From an uncultured Fretibacterium sp. (GTDB lineage Bacteria; Synergistota; Synergistia; Synergistales; Aminobacteriaceae), in contig CALGHA010000151.1 in NCBI GenBank assembly GCA_937915835.1, forward strand, positions 18,962 to 82,961: a stretch of DNA of 64,000 nucleotides, written 5' to 3'. Made by a program: the position numbers and the translations under genes. The notes under the pieces were generated by a model. That model was not told the origin of the DNA. It saw nothing but the letters and a program-made list of their open reading frames with translations, and did no database searches. Positions 55,369 through 63,546 of the stretch are shown here, one piece after another (position 1 is the stretch's first letter; each line of letters starts with the position of its first letter).

Positions 55369-56291
55369 TATCTTATCTGGATTTGTGAACGCATATTTTT
55401 TAATTTAGCCTGGCCAATTCCCGAAACTTTCAGCAAATCTTCAGGCTTCGAGAAAGCGCCGTGTGATTGACGATACTGAACAATCCGTTTTGCTAATGCC
55501 GGGCCAATCCCGTTTAATCTCTGCAATTCATTTTCAGACGCATGATTTATGTCTATGAGATTTCCTGTTGATTGTGAACGAGGTGAAACGATTGAAGAGT
55601 TTTGCGAATAATTTATCCCGTTGCCGACTTGAATTTGTGAGCGAATATTATTCAGTTTAGCCTGGCCAATTCCTGACACTCTCAATAAATCTTCGGGACG
55701 CGTAAAATTTCCGTGAGTTTGTCGATAATCTATAATTCGTTTTGCTAGTGCCGGCCCAATCCCGTTTAATCGTTGAAGCTCACTTTCTGACGCGTTATTA
55801 ATGTCTACAAGATTTCCATTTCCAGACGGAGCAGTGACGACAAAATTATTCTGCTGAACTCCGGGAATTCTGACTGAGTTATTTTGCTGGTTATTATTTC
55901 TCTCACCTTTCGTAGCAACATGAACATGAACTCCATCGGCTAAAGGTTCAGCGAGATTTAGCGAAGTATCATCAGCCCTTGACGTGAAACCTCCGGCAGC
56001 GTCGATCGCCTGAAAAATTCGCGAGTCCTCAGAAAGTTTGTAAACTCCCGGACTTTTTACGGCTCCTGTTACGTAGACATACCAGATTTTTGCGGGGATT
56101 TCGGCTTTTTCGGGTTCAGGTTCAGGCTGAGTTTGTTCGACTATGACGGGTTTAGTTTGAGGCCGTGAGCTTGGCTCTGAGGGCATAAGAAACATCGTAA
56201 CTGCTCCGGCAATCAGGAGTAAGACGGCTCCGGAAGCTGTGATAATCGTTTTAGTGCTGAAGTTCGGCATTAGGGGGTCTCCTTTTTGCAT
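55368..56291 (-). CDS. comEA: ComEA-family DNA receptor with SLBB-like domain and two tandem helix-hairpin-helix modules
   Basis: 307-aa ORF with an N-terminal TM and an SLBB-like segment (YVTGAVKSPGVYKL). The module INNASESELQRLNGIGPALAKRI.DYRQ.HG.F..PEDLL.VSGIGQAKL.N.RSQIQ then occurs twice. Confidence 0.85.
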   Translation of the reverse strand: MQKGDPLMPNFSTKTIITASGAVLLLIAGAVTMFLMPSEPSSRPQTKPVIVEQTQPEPEPEKAEIPAKIWYVYVTGAVKSPGVYKLSEDSRIFQAIDAAGGFTSRADDTSLNLAEPLADGVHVHVATKGERNNNQQNNSVRIPGVQQNNFVVTAPSGNGNLVDINNASESELQRLNGIGPALAKRIIDYRQTHGNFTRPEDLLRVSGIGQAKLNNIRSQIQVGNGINYSQNSSIVSPRSQSTGNLIDINHASENELQRLNGIGPALAKRIVQYRQSHGAFSKPEDLLKVSGIGQAKLKNMRSQIQIR

Positions 56292-56342
56292 AAATTATAT
56301 TATGTTTTTCCCGTAAATTTTACCTGTTAATTCTCGTTAGCA

Positions 56343-56371
56343 TTGACGCGGTTTTATCCCACGCATAAAAT
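56343..56371 (+). promoter_or_regulatory. Candidate sigma-70-type promoter for the DUF1015 gene
   Basis: TTGACG (56343-56348), a 17-nt spacer, then TAAAAT (56366-56371). Confidence 0.45.
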
Positions 56372-56378
56372 TATTCAC

Positions 56379-56399
56379 ATTCATAATTCATAATTCATA
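56379..56399. repeat. Perfect 3-copy tandem heptamer (ATTCATA)x3
   Basis: Perfect ATTCATA copies lie at 56379-56385, 56386-56392 and 56393-56399. A related ATTCAC precedes them at 56373-56378. Confidence 0.9.
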
Positions 56400-56444
56400 A
56401 CAGAAGGGATTGACAGAATTATATTCACATCAGCAAATTTCTTA

Positions 56445-57620
56445 TTGCCCAATCTCGATGATTTATCAAAATGGGCCGTAATAGCTTGCGATCAATTTAC
56501 TTCGGAGCCGGATTACTGGGAAAAAGTAAAGGACTTCGCTGGCCTTTCACCTTCAGCATACAATTTAATTCTTCCGGAAGCCTTGTTGAGTGAAGCTAAT
56601 TCGGAAAAAATTGCGCAAATAAATTCCATGATGAATTATTATCTCGAGGCAAAAATCTTCACGGAATATAAGAACTCGTTTATTTATGTAGAACGTGAAT
56701 TACTCGACGGCTCAACCAGACGTGGGATTGTCGGAGTGATTGACATTGAGGAATATGATTACAAGGAAGGCTCAACGTCGAAAATTCGCGCGACCGAAGA
56801 GACCGTGAAAGAGAGAATTCCTCCGCGTAAAGCTGTTCGGGAGAATGCCGCGCTTGAACTCTCTCATGTAATCTTGCTCTGTGATGACGAGAAGCGTGAA
56901 ATTATTGAGCCTCTGACAATCTCGAAACACTCAATGAAGAAACTCTACAGCTTCAACTTAATGTTCGGCGGCGGGAAAATTCAAGGCTGGTTAATTCATG
57001 GCGACAGCGCACGAGCTTTGAACATGCGGATTGCTTCATACGTAAAACGCAAGAGTAAGGATTTATCGCTAGTTTTTGCGGTTGGCGACGGAAATCATTC
57101 ACTTGCGGCGGCTAAATCTTGTTACGAAGAGGGCTTCACGTCTCGTTATGCAATGGTTGAGCTTGAGAATATTCATGACAGCGCACTGAAGTTTGAGCCA
57201 ATTCACAGGATTATCAAGAACGTTGACACCGAAAAATTTATCGCTGAACTCCAGAGGACAATTTGCGTGAAGAGTGCAAAAAATTCATGGCCGATAAAAT
57301 ATTATTCACACGGAAAAAACGGAACAATCTACATCGACAAATCAAAAGGAGCTTCGGCGTTAATCGTCCTGCAAAGATTTCTTGATGAATATATTGATGA
57401 GTATCATTGCGAAATAGATTACATTCACGACATGGAAGCATTAATGAAACTTTCGAGCGAAGAGAATTGCGTCGGCTTTGAACTTCCCCCGTTTGACGAG
57501 AAGGCAAAAAGTGAGTTCTTCCGTGTAATCTCTGAGTCCGGCGTGCTTCCTAGAAAAACTTTCTCAATGGGACATGCTCAAGAGAAACGCTATTATCTCG
57601 AAGCCAGAAAAATAAAATAG
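56445..57620 (+). CDS. DUF1015 family protein
   Basis: 391-aa ORF. KWAVIACDQFTSEPDYW and IRATEETVKERIPPRKAVRENAALELSHVILLCDD resemble the DUF1015 family as I remember it. The only canonical start is TTG 56445, which has no SD. The frame is open upstream from 56394, so the start is uncertain. Confidence 0.65.
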   Translation: MPNLDDLSKWAVIACDQFTSEPDYWEKVKDFAGLSPSAYNLILPEALLSEANSEKIAQINSMMNYYLEAKIFTEYKNSFIYVERELLDGSTRRGIVGVIDIEEYDYKEGSTSKIRATEETVKERIPPRKAVRENAALELSHVILLCDDEKREIIEPLTISKHSMKKLYSFNLMFGGGKIQGWLIHGDSARALNMRIASYVKRKSKDLSLVFAVGDGNHSLAAAKSCYEEGFTSRYAMVELENIHDSALKFEPIHRIIKNVDTEKFIAELQRTICVKSAKNSWPIKYYSHGKNGTIYIDKSKGASALIVLQRFLDEYIDEYHCEIDYIHDMEALMKLSSEENCVGFELPPFDEKAKSEFFRVISESGVLPRKTFSMGHAQEKRYYLEARKIK

Positions 57621-57632
57621 GGAGAAAAAATA

Positions 57633-58490
57633 ATGCTTGCTGACTTGGGATTATTTTACTGTGCATTATTCTGGGGATTAAGTTTTCCGGTCATGAAAAT
57701 TTTAGTGAGCGTTTACCCGACTTGCTGGCTTTTGTTCGTGAGATTTCTTGCAGGAGCTTTGATGATTTACGTCGTCTTTCACAAGAGAATAAATAAATCC
57801 ATCCGCAATGACTTCAAAGGAGGCGTAATAATCGGAGTTCTTTTATTCTTAGCGGCAACAACTCAGACGCTCGGCTTGAATTACATTGACTCCGGACGAA
57901 ACGCTTTTATCACGTCAATTTACGTAATTCTTGTTCCGTTATTCTTATGGGTAATCAAGCGTAAATTTCCCGGATGGTTCACACTTGCGGCGGCCGTAAT
58001 CTGCGTTGCTGGAATGTATTTACTCGCTGGCGATAATCTCTCAGGAAAAATTAACATTGGCGACGTTCTGACGATGTTATGCGCGGTATTCTTTGCTGTC
58101 CAGATTATAGCGATAAGTCATTACACGCAGGGAAGCGACCCGTTGACTTTGAGCTGTGTAGAATTTTTCACGCTTGCCGTTCTGTCGTTCATAAGCTCAT
58201 TAATTTTCGAGACACGAACGGAGATTATCAACGTCCCGACATTATGGGGATTATTATTCATGATTTTTTTCTGCACGTTCGGATGTTATGCCGTCCAGAT
58301 TTGCGCCCAGAAATACGCCGAACCAAGCCATGCGACAATAATTATGAGCCTCGAAGCAGTCTTCGGACTTGCGAGCGGGATAATATTTCTCGGTGAAAAA
58401 ATTTCGTTCAAAGCCGGAGTAGGTTGTGCATTAATATTTATTGCTGTGTTAATCTCGGAATTGGCCCCGTTAATTCGCAAAAAGAAATGA
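57633..58490 (+). CDS. DMT superfamily (EamA-type) transporter
   Basis: 285-aa ORF with ten predicted hydrophobic segments arranged as two EamA-like halves. Confidence 0.8.
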   Translation: MLADLGLFYCALFWGLSFPVMKILVSVYPTCWLLFVRFLAGALMIYVVFHKRINKSIRNDFKGGVIIGVLLFLAATTQTLGLNYIDSGRNAFITSIYVILVPLFLWVIKRKFPGWFTLAAAVICVAGMYLLAGDNLSGKINIGDVLTMLCAVFFAVQIIAISHYTQGSDPLTLSCVEFFTLAVLSFISSLIFETRTEIINVPTLWGLLFMIFFCTFGCYAVQICAQKYAEPSHATIIMSLEAVFGLASGIIFLGEKISFKAGVGCALIFIAVLISELAPLIRKKK

Positions 58491-58500
58491 GGAGCTGAAA

Positions 58501-59616
58501 ATGTCAAATTTCTTCACTGAGACAAACTGGCTGTTAATATTCTCGTTAATTTTGGGGTCTGCGGCTCTTGCTGTACTCGGCGACATTGTAGGCTCAAAAT
58601 ACGGCAAAAAGCGATTATCAGTCTTCAAACTTCGTCCCAAGCATACGAGCAGATTAATCACGGCATTAACGGGAGGATTTATCGCAATCGGAATTTTGGC
58701 GGTAATGTCTGCTTTCTCTCAGGATGTCCGTACAGCTTTATTCGGTATGAAGATGTTGAAGCAGCAATTATATGACTTGCAATTTCAGCTGACACAAAGC
58801 GAAGAGAACACTACGCAGATGAGGGTTTCATTAGCTGAAGCGTCGGCGAGTTTGGATCTTACTGGGTTTGAGCTTGACACGATGCGCAACGAGAAAATTA
58901 TTCTTGAACAGGAAAAACGTGAACTCGAAACGTCGTTATTAATCATGCGTGAGGAGTTACAGCAGATACGTCATGACTTGAAGGCTCTCCGAAGTGAATC
59001 AATCGCTTTGAACGCTAATGTCTTGCTTGGACAACGAGCTTTTGAGCCTGGAATGTCCCGTGAAGAAATTGTGAAAGAACTTGACGCGCTTAAACAAACT
59101 GTGAGATTGAACGTTCTCGCTAAAATTTCGGACCAGGCATTTACTCGGCTTCGTGATATTCCGATTGAGTTTGACGCTGAGACGGAAAAAGCGTTAATTG
59201 ATGAGCTTGCAAATTCTGACGAAAGGCAATACGTCCGGGCATTATCAGGGGAAAATTACGCGTTCGGTGAAAATTTAAGGATTGTGATTAAATTGGAAAC
59301 AGGAACGAGCATTTTAACTTACAGGAGTGGCGAGCCGGTTTACAGAAAATTTTTCATGAATGACCGTGAAGAAACGAAGACTACAGCCGAAGGACTTCTG
59401 CATACTTTTTTGCGCGACTTGAGAAATAAGGCCGTCAACGATGGAATTTTGCCTGACCCTGCGACTAATAACGTCGGAACTCTCGAGGGAGAAGCATTCT
59501 TTAACGCCGTCGAAGAACTCAGCTCAATAACTAATCCCGTCATAATCAGCGCAATAGCCTCTGGAGATATTTATACTGAAGGCCCGGTTGTGATTGATTT
59601 AATTTTTGAGGAATAA
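58501..59616 (+). CDS. DUF3084-like membrane-anchored coiled-coil protein
   Basis: 371-aa ORF. The N-terminal LGDIVGSKYGKKRLSVFKLRPKHTSRLITALTGG motif lies between two TM segments. A long coiled coil follows (LQFQLTQSEENT...LEQEKRELETSLLIMREELQQIRHDLKALR). Confidence 0.6.
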   Translation: MSNFFTETNWLLIFSLILGSAALAVLGDIVGSKYGKKRLSVFKLRPKHTSRLITALTGGFIAIGILAVMSAFSQDVRTALFGMKMLKQQLYDLQFQLTQSEENTTQMRVSLAEASASLDLTGFELDTMRNEKIILEQEKRELETSLLIMREELQQIRHDLKALRSESIALNANVLLGQRAFEPGMSREEIVKELDALKQTVRLNVLAKISDQAFTRLRDIPIEFDAETEKALIDELANSDERQYVRALSGENYAFGENLRIVIKLETGTSILTYRSGEPVYRKFFMNDREETKTTAEGLLHTFLRDLRNKAVNDGILPDPATNNVGTLEGEAFFNAVEELSSITNPVIISAIASGDIYTEGPVVIDLIFEE

Positions 59617-59618
59617 TC

Positions 59619-60062
59619 ATGACATCTCACGTGATAATTTACACTGACGGCGGAGCTTCACCAAATCCCGGACGCGGAGGCTGGGCGGCAGTTCTTTACT
59701 CACCATCTCATGACGCAACCCGCGAGATTTACGGCTCTGAACCTGAGACGACGAATAATCGCATGGAACTTACGGCGGCGATTAAAGCTCTTGAAGCCCT
59801 GAAGAGACCTTGCGAAGTTGATTTACACACGGATTCTTCATACTTGCAAAATGCTTTCGTCAAACGCTGGCTGTCGAACTGGAAACGCAAAAACTGGAAG
59901 ACTTCAACCGGAAGCGACGTTTTGAACCGGGACTTATGGGAAAGATTGCTTGAGCTCACGAAAATTCATAAAGTTTCCTGGCATTGGGTCAAGGGGCATG
60001 CTGACGACGAGAGAAATAATCGCTGTGATGAACTCGTGAGAATTGCTCGTGATGAAATTTAA
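59619..60062 (+). CDS. rnhA: Ribonuclease HI
   Basis: 147-aa ORF with IYTDGGASPNPGRGGWAAVL, TNNRMEL.A, TDS.Y and W.WVKGHA....N..CD. Confidence 0.92.
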   Translation: MTSHVIIYTDGGASPNPGRGGWAAVLYSPSHDATREIYGSEPETTNNRMELTAAIKALEALKRPCEVDLHTDSSYLQNAFVKRWLSNWKRKNWKTSTGSDVLNRDLWERLLELTKIHKVSWHWVKGHADDERNNRCDELVRIARDEI

Positions 60063-61923
60063 GCGTTTATGTGAATATTTCTTACATCTTTTATGGCCGG
60101 TAAATTGTCCGGTTTGCGGTCGTCCTGGCGTGGAAATCTGCGATGAATGTTTAAGCTCAATTTTTCCTGAGAAAGTTTTCACGTTCAAGCTCGACGATTT
60201 AACGATAAAATCAATTTCACTCTACAACGATGAACTTCATGAAGTCTTAAGCGCGCTAAACGACGAGGAATTACAACGGGTTTATCGGGCTTCAGGCTTC
60301 AAGTTGGCTGAAATATTCTCATGTCCTGATGATATTGACTTAATTATTCCTGTTCCCTCACGTTTCAATAAGGCTCAAGAAATCGCGAAAGGTCTCGGCC
60401 AATCTTGGGGAATAAAAGTTTTTGACGACGCTAAATTTACGGACGATAGAAAAAGTTTTGTACTTAACGAGAAAGTTAAAGGTTCACGAGTTCTGATTGT
60501 CAATGATATTTTCGTAACAGGCTCTACACTCTCGAAATTGGCCGGAGCATGTGAGGATTACGGCGCTGAAGTTGTGAGTGCATACGTCTGTGCTTCGGTG
60601 AAACCCGTAGAAATTTTCACACAAGAGACGAAGACAGAAATTTTTACGCCTAAGCATAAATCGACATTACAAGTTTTACTGCCGCCGTATTTCGAGCTCG
60701 TCCCAATCATAAACACGTTCGGAAGTCTTGAAGTCCGTTCGGCTATGATAAATCCGGAAGAAGTCAAAGGGCTTAATCAATTTGAAGCGGGCTTACAGAT
60801 GGCTGAATTTTTCGAGGAGACAGAAGCAGATTATCTAATTCCCGTTAACTCTCAAGCTCAAGAACTCGCAAAAGGAATGTCCGAACATTGGGGGATTGAA
60901 AGCGTTAATCTCACGCAAAAACTTTCAGGCTCAAAAGTTGCGATAGTGGATTACGTCTGCACTGACGGTGAAAAATTGCTCGAATTGGCCTCAGAATGTG
61001 AGAGATCCGGAGCAATCATCGTGTGTGCGTATGCTCTCGTATGTTCGGGCTTGAAACTTGGCACTCACAAACTTGGCAATCTGAGCATGAATATTCTTGA
61101 GGGCCTGAAAACTTTTGATGCCAATTCCGGGAAAATTGCGGCTGAGAAATTCGGCGAGCCTGAAGCGGATTGCCTAATCCCAATCAACTCAAAGTTTCAT
61201 GAACTCGCTGAAGGAATGTGCGAAATTTGGGGAATTAAGATTTTGACGAGTGATAAAGTTTCGGGCTTGAGAGTTTCGATTATCGGCGATGACGTGAATA
61301 AAATCCTTGAGCTTGCTTCGGAATGTGAGAGGGCTGGAGCTTTCGTGATTTGCGCGTATCTTTTCGGTGAACTTGGAATGATACGGGAGCTTGACGAGCG
61401 GGAGACAGCAAAATTATTCTCACCTGAGCCAATTAAACGAATTATCGGCGGACTTGAAATTTATTCTGCTGGACTTTACACCGAAGAGATGAAGGCTTTA
61501 GTCTGGGATTTCAAGTTTTTCGGCAAAAAAGAACTCTGTGAACCGACGGGCCGAGCAATCGCAAAATTCATAACGAAGCCCGAAATTGATTACATTATTC
61601 CAGTTCCGTTGCACATTAACAGCAAGAGAAATTACAACCAGACTTACGAGATTTCAAAAGGGATTAGCGAAATTTGGGGCGTAAAAATTCTCGAAGCTGC
61701 CGAATGGTCGCGTGAAATTCCCAAGCAAGTCGGATTGACGGCACAAGAGAGACGAAAAATTACTCCTGACGATTTCAGAATTACGCAAAATATTTCAGGC
61801 TTAAGAATTGCTCTTGTTGATGACATTTGCACGACGGGTTCAACATTGAGGGCTTTAGCTTCAGCGTGTGAGAGTTCCGGAGCAAAAGTTATTTACACAT
61901 TCACATTAGCTTCAACAAATTAG
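60052..61923 (+). CDS. comF: ComF-family protein with an N-terminal zinc-finger and four tandem phosphoribosyltransferase-like modules
   Basis: ATG 60052 overlaps the rnhA stop; the track start is TTG 60043. The N-terminus CPVCG....CDEC is followed by modules at about aa 55-186, 245-333, 355-441 and 465-626 (track numbering). Each carries D.LIPV/I..., ..A.G....WGI.., SG.+V.I and LA..CE..GA.V..Y. Only the last module has the full ComFC core (IIPVPLH...., QVGLTAQERRKI, ALVDDICTTGST). Confidence 0.8.
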   Translation: MKFKRLCEYFLHLLWPVNCPVCGRPGVEICDECLSSIFPEKVFTFKLDDLTIKSISLYNDELHEVLSALNDEELQRVYRASGFKLAEIFSCPDDIDLIIPVPSRFNKAQEIAKGLGQSWGIKVFDDAKFTDDRKSFVLNEKVKGSRVLIVNDIFVTGSTLSKLAGACEDYGAEVVSAYVCASVKPVEIFTQETKTEIFTPKHKSTLQVLLPPYFELVPIINTFGSLEVRSAMINPEEVKGLNQFEAGLQMAEFFEETEADYLIPVNSQAQELAKGMSEHWGIESVNLTQKLSGSKVAIVDYVCTDGEKLLELASECERSGAIIVCAYALVCSGLKLGTHKLGNLSMNILEGLKTFDANSGKIAAEKFGEPEADCLIPINSKFHELAEGMCEIWGIKILTSDKVSGLRVSIIGDDVNKILELASECERAGAFVICAYLFGELGMIRELDERETAKLFSPEPIKRIIGGLEIYSAGLYTEEMKALVWDFKFFGKKELCEPTGRAIAKFITKPEIDYIIPVPLHINSKRNYNQTYEISKGISEIWGVKILEAAEWSREIPKQVGLTAQERRKITPDDFRITQNISGLRIALVDDICTTGSTLRALASACESSGAKVIYTFTLASTN

Positions 61924-61938
61924 TATAATTCCTGTGAG

Positions 61939-63495
61939 GTGATTTCAATCTTGCAGAATAATAATTCATCTAATCCTTCAATGGTACGTCATGCTGTGTT
62001 CATGATGGCCGGAACGTTATTGAGCCGTATTCTTGGGCTTGCACGTGAAATTCTTGTTGCTGCGTTTTTCGGAGCTACAAAATCGATGGACGCTTTCAAC
62101 GTAGCTTACACGCTTTCAAATCTTGCTCGTCAGTTACTGGCTGAAGGAGCATTATCGGCGGCGTTTGTCCCAGTTTTCTCGCAAACGTTAACGAAGAGCC
62201 GGGAGAAGGCAATTGCTTTAGCTCGCGGAACTATGACGGTGTTATTATGTCTCACATTTTTTGTCGTCGGGCTTGGAATTTTGGGAGCTCCTGCGCTTGT
62301 TCACATTATGGCTCCTGGTTTCGATGAAGCTAATCACGCGTTAGCTGTCGGTTTAACTCGGTGGATGTTCCCGTTCTTGATATTTATCTCGCTTGAGGCG
62401 TTGACGATGGGCGAGCTGAACTCGTTAGGTTCGTTCTTTATTCCTGCGTTGTCTCCGGCCTTCAGCAATCTTGTATTCATAATCACAGCTCCATTCTTTG
62501 CGGCAAAATTTGGAGTTTACGGCTTGGCTCTCTCAGTTTTGAGCGGGGGATTTGCGCATTTTATGACACAATGGCTTTGGGGCTTCAAGATGAAAGCTCC
62601 TCTTTATCCGATTAAGCCGGACTTGAAGGATAATGATTTACGCCGCATTATGAAATTATTTATCCCTTATGCTGCCGGACTCTCGCTAAATCAAGTCAAT
62701 CCGGTAATCAGCCGAATGTTAGGTTCATTTTTGCAAGAAGGGAGTATTTCCGTCCTGAACTATTCGAACAGGATTTTGCAATTGCCGCTCGGATTATTCG
62801 TAATCGCGATTTCCCAAGCAGTTTTGCCGCAATTATCTCGTGCAAAGGATGACGATGAATTTATTATGACATTGAGGCAGGCCGTAAGATTTGCATTATT
62901 CGTAGTAATTCCTGCGTCGCTCGGAGTTATTGAGATATCGCGTGAGTTCGTTCATATTGTCTTTGTTCGCGGTCAATTCGGAGCTTGGGCATGGTCAGCA
63001 ACTTCTTCAACTTTAGCTTTCAGCATGCTTGGACTTCCCGGAATGGCTTGTTCAACAGTTATTATGCGCGCGCTTTATGCGTTGTCAATGCCGAAAGAAG
63101 CCTTCAAGGTTACGAGTTTCAGCGTTTTATCGACGGCAATATTCTCGTTAATTCTAGTTTATCCAATGGGCTATAACGGTTTAGCTCTTGCTCCGGGAAT
63201 TGCTTTTACTTTGTCGGGAATGTTGGGATTATATTATGTTCGTCGGAAAATTGGCCGTCCCCTGAAAATAATTACGTCAAAAGTTTTAGGAGATTATTTC
63301 ATTGCGCTTACTGTTCTTGACGCTTCGATTATGCTTTACAAATTTTTATGGCCGTATAATCCCGCCGGAAGTCTCGTGCTTAGAGCCTCATGGATTTTGG
63401 GCGTAATAGCACTCAGCGCAGGAATGTATTCAATCGTTACGTTCAAGATGAAATTTGAGGAATGGGGATTATTACGTCAAGCCTTCAAGAGATAA
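61939..63495 (+). CDS. murJ: Lipid II flippase MurJ (MviN)
   Basis: 518-aa polytopic ORF with a GTG start. The typical MurJ N-terminus is present (..TLLSRILGLAREILVAAFFGATKSMDAFNVAYTLSNL.RQLLAEGALSAAFVPVF). Confidence 0.9.
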   Translation: MISILQNNNSSNPSMVRHAVFMMAGTLLSRILGLAREILVAAFFGATKSMDAFNVAYTLSNLARQLLAEGALSAAFVPVFSQTLTKSREKAIALARGTMTVLLCLTFFVVGLGILGAPALVHIMAPGFDEANHALAVGLTRWMFPFLIFISLEALTMGELNSLGSFFIPALSPAFSNLVFIITAPFFAAKFGVYGLALSVLSGGFAHFMTQWLWGFKMKAPLYPIKPDLKDNDLRRIMKLFIPYAAGLSLNQVNPVISRMLGSFLQEGSISVLNYSNRILQLPLGLFVIAISQAVLPQLSRAKDDDEFIMTLRQAVRFALFVVIPASLGVIEISREFVHIVFVRGQFGAWAWSATSSTLAFSMLGLPGMACSTVIMRALYALSMPKEAFKVTSFSVLSTAIFSLILVYPMGYNGLALAPGIAFTLSGMLGLYYVRRKIGRPLKIITSKVLGDYFIALTVLDASIMLYKFLWPYNPAGSLVLRASWILGVIALSAGMYSIVTFKMKFEEWGLLRQAFKR

Positions 63496-63546
63496 GCTAT
63501 AATTACACGAAAAATTACGCATGAAAAATTTAGGAGAGTGTTATAT

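Noticed and set aside
55371-61920. The internal repeats in comEA (252-nt period) and comF, considered as CRISPR-like or non-coding tandem arrays.
   Set aside because: The repeats are long, diverged and in frame, and they translate into complete protein modules. There is no short repeat/spacer organisation, and no cas genes are in the window.
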